In this document: piece by piece, positions 26,269 to 39,003 of the stretch
Numbering within the stretch: the first letter of the stretch is position 1
How the letters are laid out: each line of letters opens with the position of its first letter
Source of the DNA: Octopus vulgaris
Taxonomy: Eukaryota
Direction of reading: 5' to 3'
Length of the DNA stretch: 64,000 nucleotides
Assembly: GCA_951406725.2 (NCBI GenBank)
Contig: OX597821.1
Coordinates: forward strand, 28,768,001-28,832,000
Notes under the pieces: generated by a model
What the model saw: only the letters and a program-made list of their open reading frames with translations
The model's database searches: none
Told to the model about the DNA's origin: nothing
Translations under genes and position numbers: made by a program

Positions 26269-29058
26269 CCACACATTTCTTCTGAACAAATTGTTTCGAG
26301 ACCGCTAGAATCATTATTGAACCGTAGTCGATTTCTGGCCGCCGGCCATCTGTTATATTATGGACTGGTATATATTTTCGTGTGGTCGGATAGCGTTTAT
26401 GTGCGTCAATCTATGTATATGCAAGGACGTGCGCTTACACGTAATAGTAAGTGAATATGTATTATTGTAGCAATATGGCAGTGTGTGTGTGTGTGTTTGC
26501 TCGTGTGTGTTTGCTCGTGTGTGTATGTTTACTTGTGTGTGTGTCTGTGTGTGTTTGTGTGCGTGCGTGTATGAATGTGTTATAGCAAACTTTGTTATAT
26601 TTACAAAACCTTTGTACACTTGAAAATGGTTGAATGACTATAGTGCCTACAGCTATCGGCTAAAGGAGCAGCCCGTAGTTCGTATTGCCAAGAATATATT
26701 ATCGCCATAAATAAGGTGCTCCTAGGATTAAACATCCTAACTATAGACAGATTCAATGTGGACGGCCAGGTACGTTTGAGCAATTGAAATAGTGAAGTTA
26801 CAGGCAACTGTTTTTCCGTTGCAGGCAAATATTTCTCCGCTAAAGTTCAGGAGTTGATTTCGCGTCTTAACATCGGCCTCGGGATGTTAGACTTCTCCAG
26901 TTCGCCAATCAATAATTTAACTACAAATCCGAGTCCTTGATCAGATTCCTTTTGCATTCGATTGAAGTTATATCTTATATATTTGATGGTAATCATTAAC
27001 TATTAATTCTATATTATTAAGCACCCATTGACGTGTGGCTATATTACTCATTATCAAGACGTATTTATCATTATATCTAAAACAAAAAAAAAAAGCTAGT
27101 TGTGCTTGTTTAAAATGGATCATCTCATTATAGCGGGATTTTCGCTGTTTTTCTAAAATGCCTGCCACAGTAAGAAGTGATGTGCGTGGATATGGTGTTT
27201 ACATAAATTAGTCTACACGCTAGTAATGGTGTTTTGAATTACAGAGGCTGTTCCATTTACAGCAGCTGGTTTACGGCTGAATGCATTACATATTTCGTAG
27301 TATTAGATCTTGACTCTTTGATGCCAGCTCTCAAAAGCATATTGGTGTTTCAGAAGTGTTCAGAACAGCAATTTCATTCGCATAGGTGATCTTGCTCACT
27401 ACTAAATTGTCTTACTTTTCCACGTAGGATACAGCACGTTTTTATCAGATTAAAGAATGAACCTATAACCATTCTAGAAGCAATATCTTGATCTCAATCA
27501 AATTTAGACACCTTCTTATATGTGCATTAGAAGGAACCTTTGTCCACAATATATTTGCCGGCATGATGTTGGAATGACGATTTCTACGATGAGCTAATGA
27601 AAGAATTTTGGTACAAGGAAGCAATAAGAAAAATACGACGCTCAAAACCAGGAGGGAAGTAATCTCAGATTGACTTCTATGAATGATACAGACTTTGAAA
27701 TCCATAACAATTTCATACTAATACTCGGACTATCTTAACTTAAACACAAGAAAACAACACCATTTGCCAAAAGTTCATACAAACCATAACAACACGCAAA
27801 ATGACAGAAACTAGAAGTACTTCATCACCTCCCTCCTCAAAGCAACACCTTCATAAGAAACCACATAGCAATATCTACTACATCACATACAAATATACAC
27901 CGTGCACATGATAGACAAAAGTGAAAACTTACTGCAAAGACGACAAAAGGTTTGCGGCACGGTTTTACGACATTTAACCTGTTCGCATTGCTACTTTACA
28001 TGAAATAACTTTGCTGTCACAACACTGGATGCCTCAATATTAAACTGCACTCTACTAAGATAGCATAGTACAATTGTGCATTTGGTAGATACCACTTGTA
28101 GACAGCAACCCGAAGAAATATGCCAACAAATAAGTAACAGAAAATTTCAAATTCATTGACAGCAAAAAGACATAAGTATACATTCCATGACGCCACGAAT
28201 TACTTCACCGCATGCATGCTCCAGCTACAAAATTTGTTGTATAACAGTCTCAAGTGAAACATTAATCAACACGGAAAAAAGGTGAGGTGACAAAATCTTT
28301 GGAACATCGGTAAAAGTAAAACCTTGCCTTATTTGTTCCGGCTCTTTACATTCTGTGTTCAATTACCCCATTTCGTTCTTTCGGGGTAAGTAAAATAAAG
28401 TACCGGCCAATACTGAGATCGGTGGTACTAACTAGACCTCTTCTGAAAATTTCTGGTCTTGAGCCTAAACCAGAAGCTGTCTTCAGGATGACATAAACAT
28501 CCTTGTACAATAATCATAGATAGTAAAATTATGAACACTATGATATCACAATGTAGGAAGTTTTACTTTTGAAATAAACCAAACTGATGCAATTTATCAT
28601 ATACCGCTACCTGTTCTACAAGTCGGGCCACAATCGCCAAGCAATTCCACAATTTTCCTCACAGCATACACACATTGAACAAATCAAAATGTCTTTTACA
28701 GACTTGAAAACTTTCAAGTCCAAAATAGGTTAAATATTTGCAAAATTTACTAGTTCCACAAGTGCATATATATGCAAATACATGTATTTATATATGTGTG
28801 TATATATGTCTGTATATATATATACGTATGTATATATATATATATATATGTGTGTGTAGATTGATAGAGAGAAAGAAAGAAATAGATACATACATACATA
28901 CATACATACATACATACATACATACATACATACATACACACACATATACACACACAAAGATTTTATATATATTGAAAGCATCATATCATGCAAGAAAATA
29001 AGCGCGGACTAAAACAGAAGCGATATAACCTCATATGCAATACTCCGATACAAATACC

Positions 29059-29315
29059 TATTTCTTTACTAGCCACAAGGGGCTAAACACAGAGAGGACA
29101 AGCAAGGACAGACAAATGGATTAAGTCGATTATATCGACCCCAGTGCGTAACTGGAAAAACAGTTGCCTGTAACTTCACTATTTCAATTGCTCAAACGTA
29201 CCAGTGCGAAAGGCAAAGTTGATGTCGGCGGAATTTGAACTCAGAACGTAACGGCAGACGAAATACCGCTAAGCATTTCGCCCGGTGTGCTAACGCTTCT
29301 GCCAGCTTACCACCT
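29059..29315 (-). mobile_element. SINE family C with 18-bp TSD, carrying a foreign 49-bp insert
   Basis: TSD TACTCC(G/A)ATACAAATACC at 29041-29058 and 29316-29333. Confidence 0.92.
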
Positions 29316-30130
29316 TACTCCAATACAAATACCACTTAGATAAAGGGAATCATCGAAAATATAAAACTAAAGTAAAACAACACAAGCAATTAGCAAACAT
29401 TTCTTATCTGACATAAACTACGGAAACTAATTTGAATCCCAAAGCAATTAGTGTGTCTGAGACTGATGGGAGCGGAAGTACAGTTGTCCCGATCCAGAAC
29501 TCTGGTCCAAATGCAAGCAATAGAGTTGGCTTAACTAAAGTTATCCAAGGTGCCAGATGTTGGAGTTAAACCGGATGACGTGTTAAGTCGATTACAAGAT
29601 AAGTGCAATCAGCAATATCTTGAATCGCAATAGCTGTAATAGCAATAAAAAAAATCATGAATCTGAACATTTTTCTTTTCGAAAATCAACCACTGTAAAC
29701 AACACGTAGAAGATAAAAGACACATGAAAAACCCGGGAAAATTTATTAAGCACGTCAACTTTTTATATAAAATCTTCCTCAATCTTCTGTGGATAGCATT
29801 GTAACAACCTTGAAAATCACGAGAATGTTAAAGATCAGCAAAAGCTTGAACTTAGCAGAGCAACAGCGATACATCACCATAATATTCATCACTTGAAATG
29901 TACCAAGAAAGAATCATTCCAAGTCAAACTGCCTGTTCATTGTTTTGTTTTTTTTTTTCTACTTTTAACTGAGAGTTACACTTTTACACCCCCAAAAGAT
30001 TCTTCTCATAGATCTTAAATAAAAATACATGATAACCTCAACAACACTGAAAATAATTTATAAATTTATAAAATTACTGGCGTTAGGAAAGCTTAGGATA
30101 ATATTCTATATTGCTTATGTATACAGAAAC

Positions 30131-30430
30131 GTGGAGGCACATGGCCTAGTAGTTAGAGCGGTTGAGGGATCGCGGGTTCGAATATCAGACCGGGTGATGT
30201 GTGTGTTTATGCGCGAAACACCTAAACTCCACGCGGCTCCGGCAGAAGGTAATGGCGAAACTTCTGCTGACTCTTTCGCCACAACTTTCGCTCACTCTTT
30301 CCTCCTGCATCTTGCAGCTCACCTGCGACGGGCCGGCGTCCCGTCCAGGTGGGGAACTTATACGCCAAGAAACCGGGAAGCCGACCCTTATGAGCCAGGC
30401 ATGGCTCGAGAAGGAACAAACAACAACAAA
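30131..30430 (+). mobile_element. SINE family B3 (B-type head and core, different tail, (CAA)n end)
   Basis: Head GTGGAGGCACATGGCCTAGT, core AAACTCCACGCGGCTCCGGCAG, tail CCTGCGACGGGCCGGCGTCCCGTCCAGG...GAAACCGGG. TATACAGAA is repeated on both flanks. Confidence 0.85.
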
Positions 30431-30633
30431 ATATATACAGAATACATTGAATATCTCATTCAGAAACAACATCAAAGGTTAATTGGTACACAGTCTGTCA
30501 CGTCGCTAAAACTCTGTAGTGTACAAAATTCAAGTCCTGAATTTGCAATTTGTAGTGGAGTACTAGCTATCTTAATTTCAATCAGTTTTTAACCAATAAC
30601 TTCACGAACCTTTTTTAAATCTATGAAGCATAT

Positions 30634-30944
30634 CACCGTGATCACCGTGACCGACCAGGCTATCAGATGTTGTTACACATCGCTGGTCAGAATGCGCTTC
30701 GCATTGTTTTAGCCTTCAAAATGACGCCACCCTGCTGGTTAAGCAAGAAGGCCAACAGGCGAAATAGCGAGAGAAAGTTATGGCGATAGACTACAGCAGG
30801 GATCGCCACCACCCCCTGCCGGAGCCTCGTGGAGCTTTTAGGTGTTTTCGCTCAATAAACACTCACAACGCCCGGTCTGGGAATCGAAACCATGATCCTA
30901 CGACCGCGAGTCCGCTGCCCTAACCACTGGACCATTGCGCCTCC
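30634..30944 (-). mobile_element. SINE family B2, full length, 11-bp TSD
   Basis: TSD ATGAAGCATAT at 30623-30633 and 30945-30955. Confidence 0.93.
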
Positions 30945-31305
30945 ATGAAGCATATACACCTCCTTAAACAGAAATAATATTACACACGCACCCCACCACC
31001 ACTGTATGTAGTAACATAATTATCCCTATGCTACAACACATCGTGAGGGATAGCTTGATTCCAGCTGGTTTAAAGTAATACCTCCCAAATTCACTGTAGC
31101 TTTTTCTTACCATCAACACTAGAAAACTCCAACTTGTCATTCCAGCAACCAATGTAAGCAAGCTAGATAGAAACAAAATGTTATACCTTAGATTCATTTC
31201 TACAACATTTAAATCATACAAAGAATACATGCGTATGAAAGCAAACGTAATGCACACGCATGGAAGTCACAGGTACAGATTTTACTAAAAGGAATATATA
31301 ACAAT

Positions 31306-31910
31306 TGCAGCGTGGAAGGTGTTTATAAGCCATTTAAGAAACACACAAAACTGTTAGATTCACTTCAACATTTAAATTTAAGCAGATAAGGCCGAAAATA
31401 TCGCTAGAACCTGGGATCACCAAGCCTGGATTGGCATATTTCGGTCATATTATGCGGAGAGAATCCCTGGAGAAGGACATCATTCTCGGAATGGTCAGTG
31501 GCAAGAGAGGAAGAGGCCGACCAAAAACCCGCTGGCTTGACACCATCAGAAATGATACCGGAATGGACATGGCCAGTCTGAAAGCAGCGACCCAGGATAG
31601 AACTGACTGGAGGACACTGATCCAACGAGTGACCGAGAGTCGACTTCGACTGAGCGGATAGAGAGAGAGATTTTCGTCGCTTTGAGACCGCGATCTGTTC
31701 ACTGACAAAGCTTCGTGCTGCATCTCTTTGTCAGTGAACAGATCGCGGTCTCAAAGCGACTAAAATATTTTGACAAATTAAATTTAAATGTTGAAGTGAA
31801 TCTAACGGTTTTGTGTGTTTCTTAAATGGCTTCCACGCTGCAATTGTTTTCGTTCCAGCACACGATCTCAGATCAAGTCACTCGCTATGCAAGTACAGCT
31901 CCGTAATTCC
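31306..31910. mobile_element. Foldback (palindromic) element with 14-bp TSD, probably PLE-derived
   Basis: Left arm (31301-31380 plus 31671-31710) mirrors 31726-31848. GAATATATAACAAT is duplicated at 31292-31305 and 31911-31924. Confidence 0.8.
31381..31670 (+). mobile_element. RTE-clade (BovB-like) LINE 3' end, nested in the foldback element
   Basis: LAYFGHIMRRESLEKDIILGMVSGKRGRGRPKTRWLDTI...WRTLIQRVTESRLRL* is a typical RTE C-terminus, followed by a (GA)n tail. Confidence 0.92.
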
Positions 31911-32147
31911 GAATATATAACAATGTCGGTGATAAGCCTGCATTATCAATAGTACTTTGTTCAACTGTCACCGACCATTCTCGAACATTTGCGGCAGTGA
32001 TTTTCAAACATTTAGTGTTTGAGACATAATTTATCATGTTACTGGTGCCTTTTCATGATTGCTTGCGTACTTAAAAGTTAAAGAGTGAGCTTGGTACATC
32101 CTGGCAACTGAGCGTGTGCTCGTAGTAGTTATATGTGTGCTTGTGTA

Positions 32148-32178
<31 letters not shown>

Positions 32179-32264
32179 CTCTGTATGTGTGCGTGTGTGT
32201 TTGCGTGAGTGTATGTTTATGTATGTATGAATGTATAATGGTTCTCTCATTCGTATGTGTATGT

Positions 32265-32347
<83 letters not shown>

Positions 32348-32494
32348 GTATATATATATCGGAATAATTAGGAGAAAATGTACTCACGAAAATGTAGAGT
32401 AAAATTATATTATCAGCCAATTTAGGTAGCAATCTCAGTCGCTAATCTGTTATATGCGTTTTTGCGTATGCAGTTATATATACGCGCGCAGGCG

Positions 32495-32574
<80 letters not shown>

Positions 32575-32590
32575 CATATATATATATATG

Positions 32591-32621
<31 letters not shown>

Positions 32622-33757
32622 ATATGTATATGTATATGTATATATATGCGTGTAATCATATATTTATATGCGTTGGGGCATATGCACAGACATGAGTAAA
32701 AGGATTTTATTTTATATTCCTGAAATCTGCAATTTACAGAAGTAGCTATTAATTTTAACCTTCAATGAGAAAGTATGAAGATATAAAAATCTTCATTTAG
32801 CACTCGTGCGTCTTTACCTTTAACTTGTGTAAATGTTCTAATCATTAATTTAAATTAGTTGATAACCCGGACTATCAAAGCAACTTCTCAGAGAAAATGT
32901 CAAGGGTCTCTTATTAATAAGTTTCTTTCAAGTCTTTCTTGTAATGTTCAGTAGAAATAAACGATTCATCTAGCGTGAGTTCCTCGAATTAGACAATTAG
33001 TTAAGAAAAGACTCTGAGATAAAATCTTCAAGTGCCTATTGTTTATGTTCCTCAAAATTAAAACAGAACAACGTCTTACATGTAGCGAACTTTTAGTTAT
33101 AAAAAGCCGTCAGAAGTGTGTCTCTTTCTGTTTAACTTTTGATAATTATTTACCAGAAGAATTGTAATTTCGTTGGCGAATTAACATTTAGTTTCATTGT
33201 TACTTTTCAGATTAGTAATTTCTAAACAATCCGAGTAAAGTAAGTCCATATATTCATGGTTCAAACCACTTTTATGACATCGATATATAAAACCATAGTA
33301 TATTAGGCACAACATATATCTGATTCCATTCTTAGTGTATCTGGTGTGAACAATCTCGTTAGAGCCCGTTTGTTCTTTAAGTTTTTGCTCTTGATTTTAG
33401 TCGAAGTTCACCCTGGGTGAAACAGAACTATGATTAAATTCATTGCCTCCGTGACCATCTCATTATTTTGTTATATTTTAATTGCTTTTTCTGGCTCTTT
33501 CATTTCGTTTCCATCGCTGTTGTAAAAAAAGGAACGAACTCTAGGTTAATGTTTTCTTTTACTCCAATTAGTATAATTACCAATAAATTTGATTAATCGT
33601 TTATTTTTAGAACAAATATATGAATACACTCATTTTGTTTACCTTACATTTTGCTTTTACATGCCGGAGAATTCTTTTTAAGTTTGGTTATTGTAGATTT
33701 GGTCGATCTCAGTTTAAATGTTGTAAGATTAATGTTCTGTCGTACTTGGGGGACTAC

Positions 33758-34149
33758 CTTTACTCTTTACTTGTTTCAGTCATTTCACTGCGGCGGTGCT
33801 GGAGCACCGCCTTTAGTCGAGCAAATCGACCCCAGGACTTATTCTTTGTAAGCCTAGTACTTATTCTATCGATCTATTTTGCCGAACTGCTAGGTTACGG
33901 GGACGTAAACACACCAGCATCGGTTATCAGGCGATGTTAGGGGGGGGGTGCAAATACAGACACACAAACACATACATATACATATATACGACGGGCTTCT
34001 TTCAGTTTCCGTCTACCAAAACCACTCACAAGGCTTTGGTCGGCCCGAGGCTATAGTAGAAGACACTTGTCCAAGGTGCCATGCGGCGGGACTGAACCCA
34101 GAACCATGGGGTTGGTAAGGAAGCTACTTACCACACAGCCACTTCTTGC
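33758..34149 (-). mobile_element. SINE family A, full length
   Basis: Reverse-complement match to family A along its whole length. Confidence 0.92.
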
Positions 34150-34430
34150 AGAAGGAAAATATATGCTTAGTAAATAATTAAACGGTGCTAGATGACAATG
34201 GTTTGATGTCTATGTGGGATGTCATTTTACATAATTATCGATCCTGGAGGGATGAAAGGCAAAGTTGACCTCGTTGGAATTGGAATTCAGAAAGTAAAGA
34301 GCAGGAAGAAATATTGAGGTACTATTTAACCAATGATCTTTCAGCACGCTACTTATCAAGTAAAATAACAACAATTCTTTCTACTTTCGGTATAAAGCCA
34401 GCAATTTTAGTGGGTGGATATTTGTAGATT

Positions 34431-34638
34431 CTTTTGTACTCTAGGTACAAGGCCCGAAATATTTGGGGAGGGAACCAGTCGATTAGATCGACCCCAGTAC
34501 GCAACTGGTTCTTGATTTTTCGACCTTGAAAGGATGAAAGGCAAAGTCGACCTCAGCGGAATTCCAACTCAGAACGTAAAGGCAGACGAAATACGGCTAA
34601 GCATTTCGCCCCGCGTGCTAACGTTTCTGCCAGCTCGC
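34431..34638 (-). mobile_element. SINE family C (tail type 2) within a cluster of older C-like fragments (about 34230-34785)
   Basis: aggatgaaaggcaaagtcgacctc...gtttctgccagctcgc. Confidence 0.88.
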
Positions 34639-35372
34639 GTTCAATTGGTGTTTAATTCATCAAATCCTAGGCAATAATAAGTAGTGTGACATCTGCATAA
34701 TTTCAACTCAGAACGTAAAAATAGGAAGAAATGTCGCTTGGCCTTTTCCCCAACGTGCTCACAATTTTAGCCAGCTCGCCACCTAGAAATTAATATTATT
34801 CAAACAATTAATTCATATTTAATTCAATAAAAAAAACTTCCTAGTAAATTTGAAAGCCAAAGTCGTATGTCACTTTTTTTTTTAACTTAGAGACGAAACG
34901 AAATTTTGCATCTGTTGTAATATTTCTACATTTCCAACCTCTAATAATTCAAATAAAAAAAAATTTTCCGCGTGGGAAAAAAAAAAATAACAATTCTCAT
35001 ATTAAACTTTTCTGAAAGATATCACTACACATAGAGAAAGATTGAATTGATAAAGGCAAAATTTACTCTGATTTTCATTCATAGAAACAATAGAAAGAGG
35101 TTAAAATTAATAAGAGTGAAACTTAAAACATTGTTAACATAAAAAAATAAGCGAGACTCTCATGATTCACTGTTCATACAGACATACAAAACTAGCAACC
35201 AGCTATCCTGTGGTTACAATTTGACACTACGTTCGCTATTGTTTCAAGATGGTTGTGTGATTGGGTGTTATTGGATGCGGTGGGGAGTGCATCAATTGTG
35301 AGGCGAAACAATTAAAAAACTATTAAAACTTCACTATTATTATTTGGCGGGGAAAGTTTCTCTGAATGCACA

Positions 35373-35448
35373 GATGATAATGATGATCATAATAATAATG
35401 ATAATGATAATAATGATTATTATTATTATGATAATAACAGCAACAGCA

Positions 35449-35506
<58 letters not shown>

Positions 35507-35720
35507 CGATGTTGATGCGGATGATGATGACGACGACGATGATGATGATGATGATGATGATGATGATCTTGATGTTGACGACGATGATGATGATGCGGAT
35601 GATGATGATGACGATGATGATCATAATGATAATAAAACAACACAATGATGTTGGTGACGGCAGTAGTGGTGGTTGTTGTTGTGGTAGCGGTGGTGTTGGT
35701 GGTGATGGTGGTGGTTGTGA
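35373..35720. repeat. (ATG)n/(ATA)n/(GTG)n low-complexity array
   Basis: Direct reading. Confidence 0.93.
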
Positions 35721-36515
35721 CGATTTTATTTCTAAAAATGAAACAAAACACACTTCTGTCTCTCTTTTTTTGTGTAACAATTGTAACCATATTGATTTGT
35801 TTTTGTATATTCAGTTGTTTTGCTTAGCAACTGTTATGGGGGTTGATGATGAACGATAACTTCTTTTAAATTACCAATCTATGATCTAAATTTACTAAAA
35901 TAGAACTCGTTGGACACGCTTTGTTTGTTTTTCTTTTTTTTGTTTGTTTTTCTGTTTCCTTTCTTTAAACAAAAAATGAGAAATAAACTATTGCCGAGTT
36001 GAATGAATCTGAAGAAAGAAAGAAATGTCTAAATAATGATTTTTTTTTTTTTCCTGTAGACGCAAGAATTTTTTTTTCTTTTTATAAAGGGAAAAAATAT
36101 ATTGTCGACCGAAACTATCTTTCTTTGTATTGCATTCACATTATCAACATCGGTGATATCAGATCGAGCTCTACAAAATTCTAAGCCAGAATAAAATTAT
36201 ACCCATGAGGCTTGCGATAACAAATTGACTATGTATATACACCGAGACAAGACGCTAATTATCACGCTCCGAGTAACACGTTTTCTAATTATCTCTTTTA
36301 CTTCGCAATGCTGAAGTCAGTGTCCATGTCTCTTTACAGGACATCCGAGCAGGGTGAGTGGGTGAGAGGAAAGTACCCACATACTGTTGATCTGGACTGA
36401 ATTCTTAGCACAGTGAACTACACTAGAGACACACAAGAATCTAGATTGTGCGGTTAAGCCTGATGTTAGATTAAGTCTTCCACTCAAGTAGGCAGTGGTC
36501 AGGTTTGAAATCAAA

Positions 36516-36748
36516 GGCGGCGAGCTGGCAGAAACGCTAGCACGCCGGGCAAAATGCGTAGCCGTATTTCGTCTGCCGTTACGTTCTGGGTTCAAATTCC
36601 GCCGAGGTCGACTTTGCCGTTCATCCTTTCGGGGTCGATTAAATAAGTACCAGTTACGCACTGGGGTCGATATAATCGACTTAATCCGTTTGTTGTCTGT
36701 CCTTGTTTGTTCCCTCTGTGTCTAGCCCCCTGTGGGTAGTAAAGAAAT
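36516..36748 (+). mobile_element. SINE family C, 15-bp TSD
   Basis: TSD AGGTTTGAA(A/C)TCAAA at 36501-36515 and 36749-36763. Central GCCGTTCATCCTTTCGGGGTCGAT...AGTACCAG domain. Confidence 0.93.
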
Positions 36749-37071
36749 AGGTTTGAACTCAAAACGTATAGCACCGGAAAAGATAATACCGGTCCGACGT
36801 TCTTACAGTGATTCCAAAACTGCGCGCTGGACAGATATTGTTTTCACCGACCCCAAAACATGAAGAAGCAAAGTGAACCATGATAGGAATTGAACTCACA
36901 GTATCTGAAAACCTTGCAAGAGATAATTTAGCCGATGATCCAACGATTCAAATGATTCAGCACTTAGCAACTGAGAATTTGCTTCTATTGACGCTTTCTA
37001 AACTTATACGGGCTTAGATATTTGTTCATCAAATTCTTGACCGAGAAACCAAAACTATTTTCCTCAGACCC

Positions 37072-37122
<51 letters not shown>

Positions 37123-38596
37123 ATGTTATTGCTGTTAATGATGTAGATGTATCCACCGTATCATCTTTCATTCTGTTGACGTATGATCAGATGCTTTTCA
37201 GTTTGTGTGTGTATCCATATATGTAAGTATGTATGTATGTATGCATATATTATGTATGTATGTATGCATGTATGTACGTATGCATGTATGTATGTCTATA
37301 TGTCTGTCTGTATGTATATATGTGCGTATGTATGTATGTATGTACCTATGTATGTATGTATGCATGTATGTATGTCTATATGTCTGTCTGTATGTATATA
37401 TGTATGTGTGTGTATTTATGTATGTATTTATGTATGTATGTATGTATGTATGTACGTATGTATGTATGTATGTACGTACGTACGTATGTTGATAATAATA
37501 CGTTGTCCAATGTATCGTTGTTCTATATATGACTATAGGATGTATCTGGTAGAATTTGGTTCATATTTCCAGCCGGAAAATTATCACCGAGAGATTCCTT
37601 CCATGTCATTTCGGAGTCCTACTGGTTTTCTTTGCTAAATATTCAATAGTGTTCAGTTTAATCTGCTACTGCTTGATCTACTCATATTTTGCTGTCATAA
37701 AAAAATGACTAAAATTCATGCTTTTTTTAAAATATTTTGCGTCTTTCAAAGCAATTCATAAAATATAAAATTCATTTCATTCATGATTATTTTATTGACC
37801 TAGAGGTTATGAATATTAATGTTGATTCTATCTGAATACGATCTCTGAAGAAAAAAAAATGTTATCTGGCACATAAAAATAACTGTCCTATAGATCTGTC
37901 TTTAACGTGTCTCAGTCATTAGACTGCGGCCATGCTGGGGCACCACCTTGAAGGAATATTAGTTTGAATGAATCGACATCAGTTCTGTTTTTAAGCCTGA
38001 TGCTTATTCTTTTGCTGAACCACTGAGTTGAGAGAAAATACAAAAAAAGGTTCTGAATATGAGCTTTTCCACTTATTTGGCCACCAAGAGAACACTATTT
38101 GGCCACTAATAGAACAAAAGTAAGGTTGAATATGTAAACTTATAAAGCGACAAAACAATATAATCGAAAAAACGCTAGTTTTACACTTCTTTCTTTCTTT
38201 TTTGTTTAATATATATCTATATATTAGAAGGATCAGTTATTTCGTCACTGACTTCTTCGTGCTTATTTCACCGATGTCGACTTTACGGGAAAGAAAACAT
38301 ATTTTTTCTTTCTTGTATTTATTAAAAGAGGGACTGTCACTTTTCTTTTAACAGCCAACAAAATCTCATTCAGTTGTGGAATCCATGGAATATGTCATCT
38401 TGTAAAGTCAATATGCATATGTGCATACGTTGCCAGCTTGTACCGAAATGAGGGTTTTAATTTTGCACTTCCAGGTGATGACCTATTAAAGGCAAGCATA
38501 TTTATTTCAGTACCTATGAATTTCAATATACATGTATGCATATATACATATATTTGTGTATGTATGTATATACATGCATGATGTATATACGTATGT

Positions 38597-38676
<80 letters not shown>

Positions 38677-38901
38677 GAAATATATCTCCAAACTTACAGG
38701 GAAAAATTCTATTTAGTATTAAATCAAATTTCACAAAATAAATAGATAATATATAGATAAATTAGAAAAAAACTACTATTATGTAACTCAAACAATAATA
38801 GACAGAAAACATATCATATAGAAAAAATAAAATATATTATAAAACACATATCTAGATCACGAAAAGTACATAATTATGAATAAACATTATATAAATAATA
38901 A

Positions 38902-39003
38902 GACTACGTACGTTTCGTGGCTATAACTTCAATTCGAATTGCAATTAAATTCAAATTTAATCCCCAAACAATTCAATTTAAAAGTATAGTCACTCCTCAG
39001 GTC
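38902..39003 (-). ncRNA. Minimal type I hammerhead ribozyme (PLE type)
   Basis: Minus strand reads GAC-CUGAGGA-GUGACUAUA...UAUAGCCAC-GAA-ACGUACGU-A-GUC: stem I GAC/GUC, intact core, 9-bp stem II with one mismatch, palindromic stem III and a GUA cleavage triplet. Confidence 0.75.
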
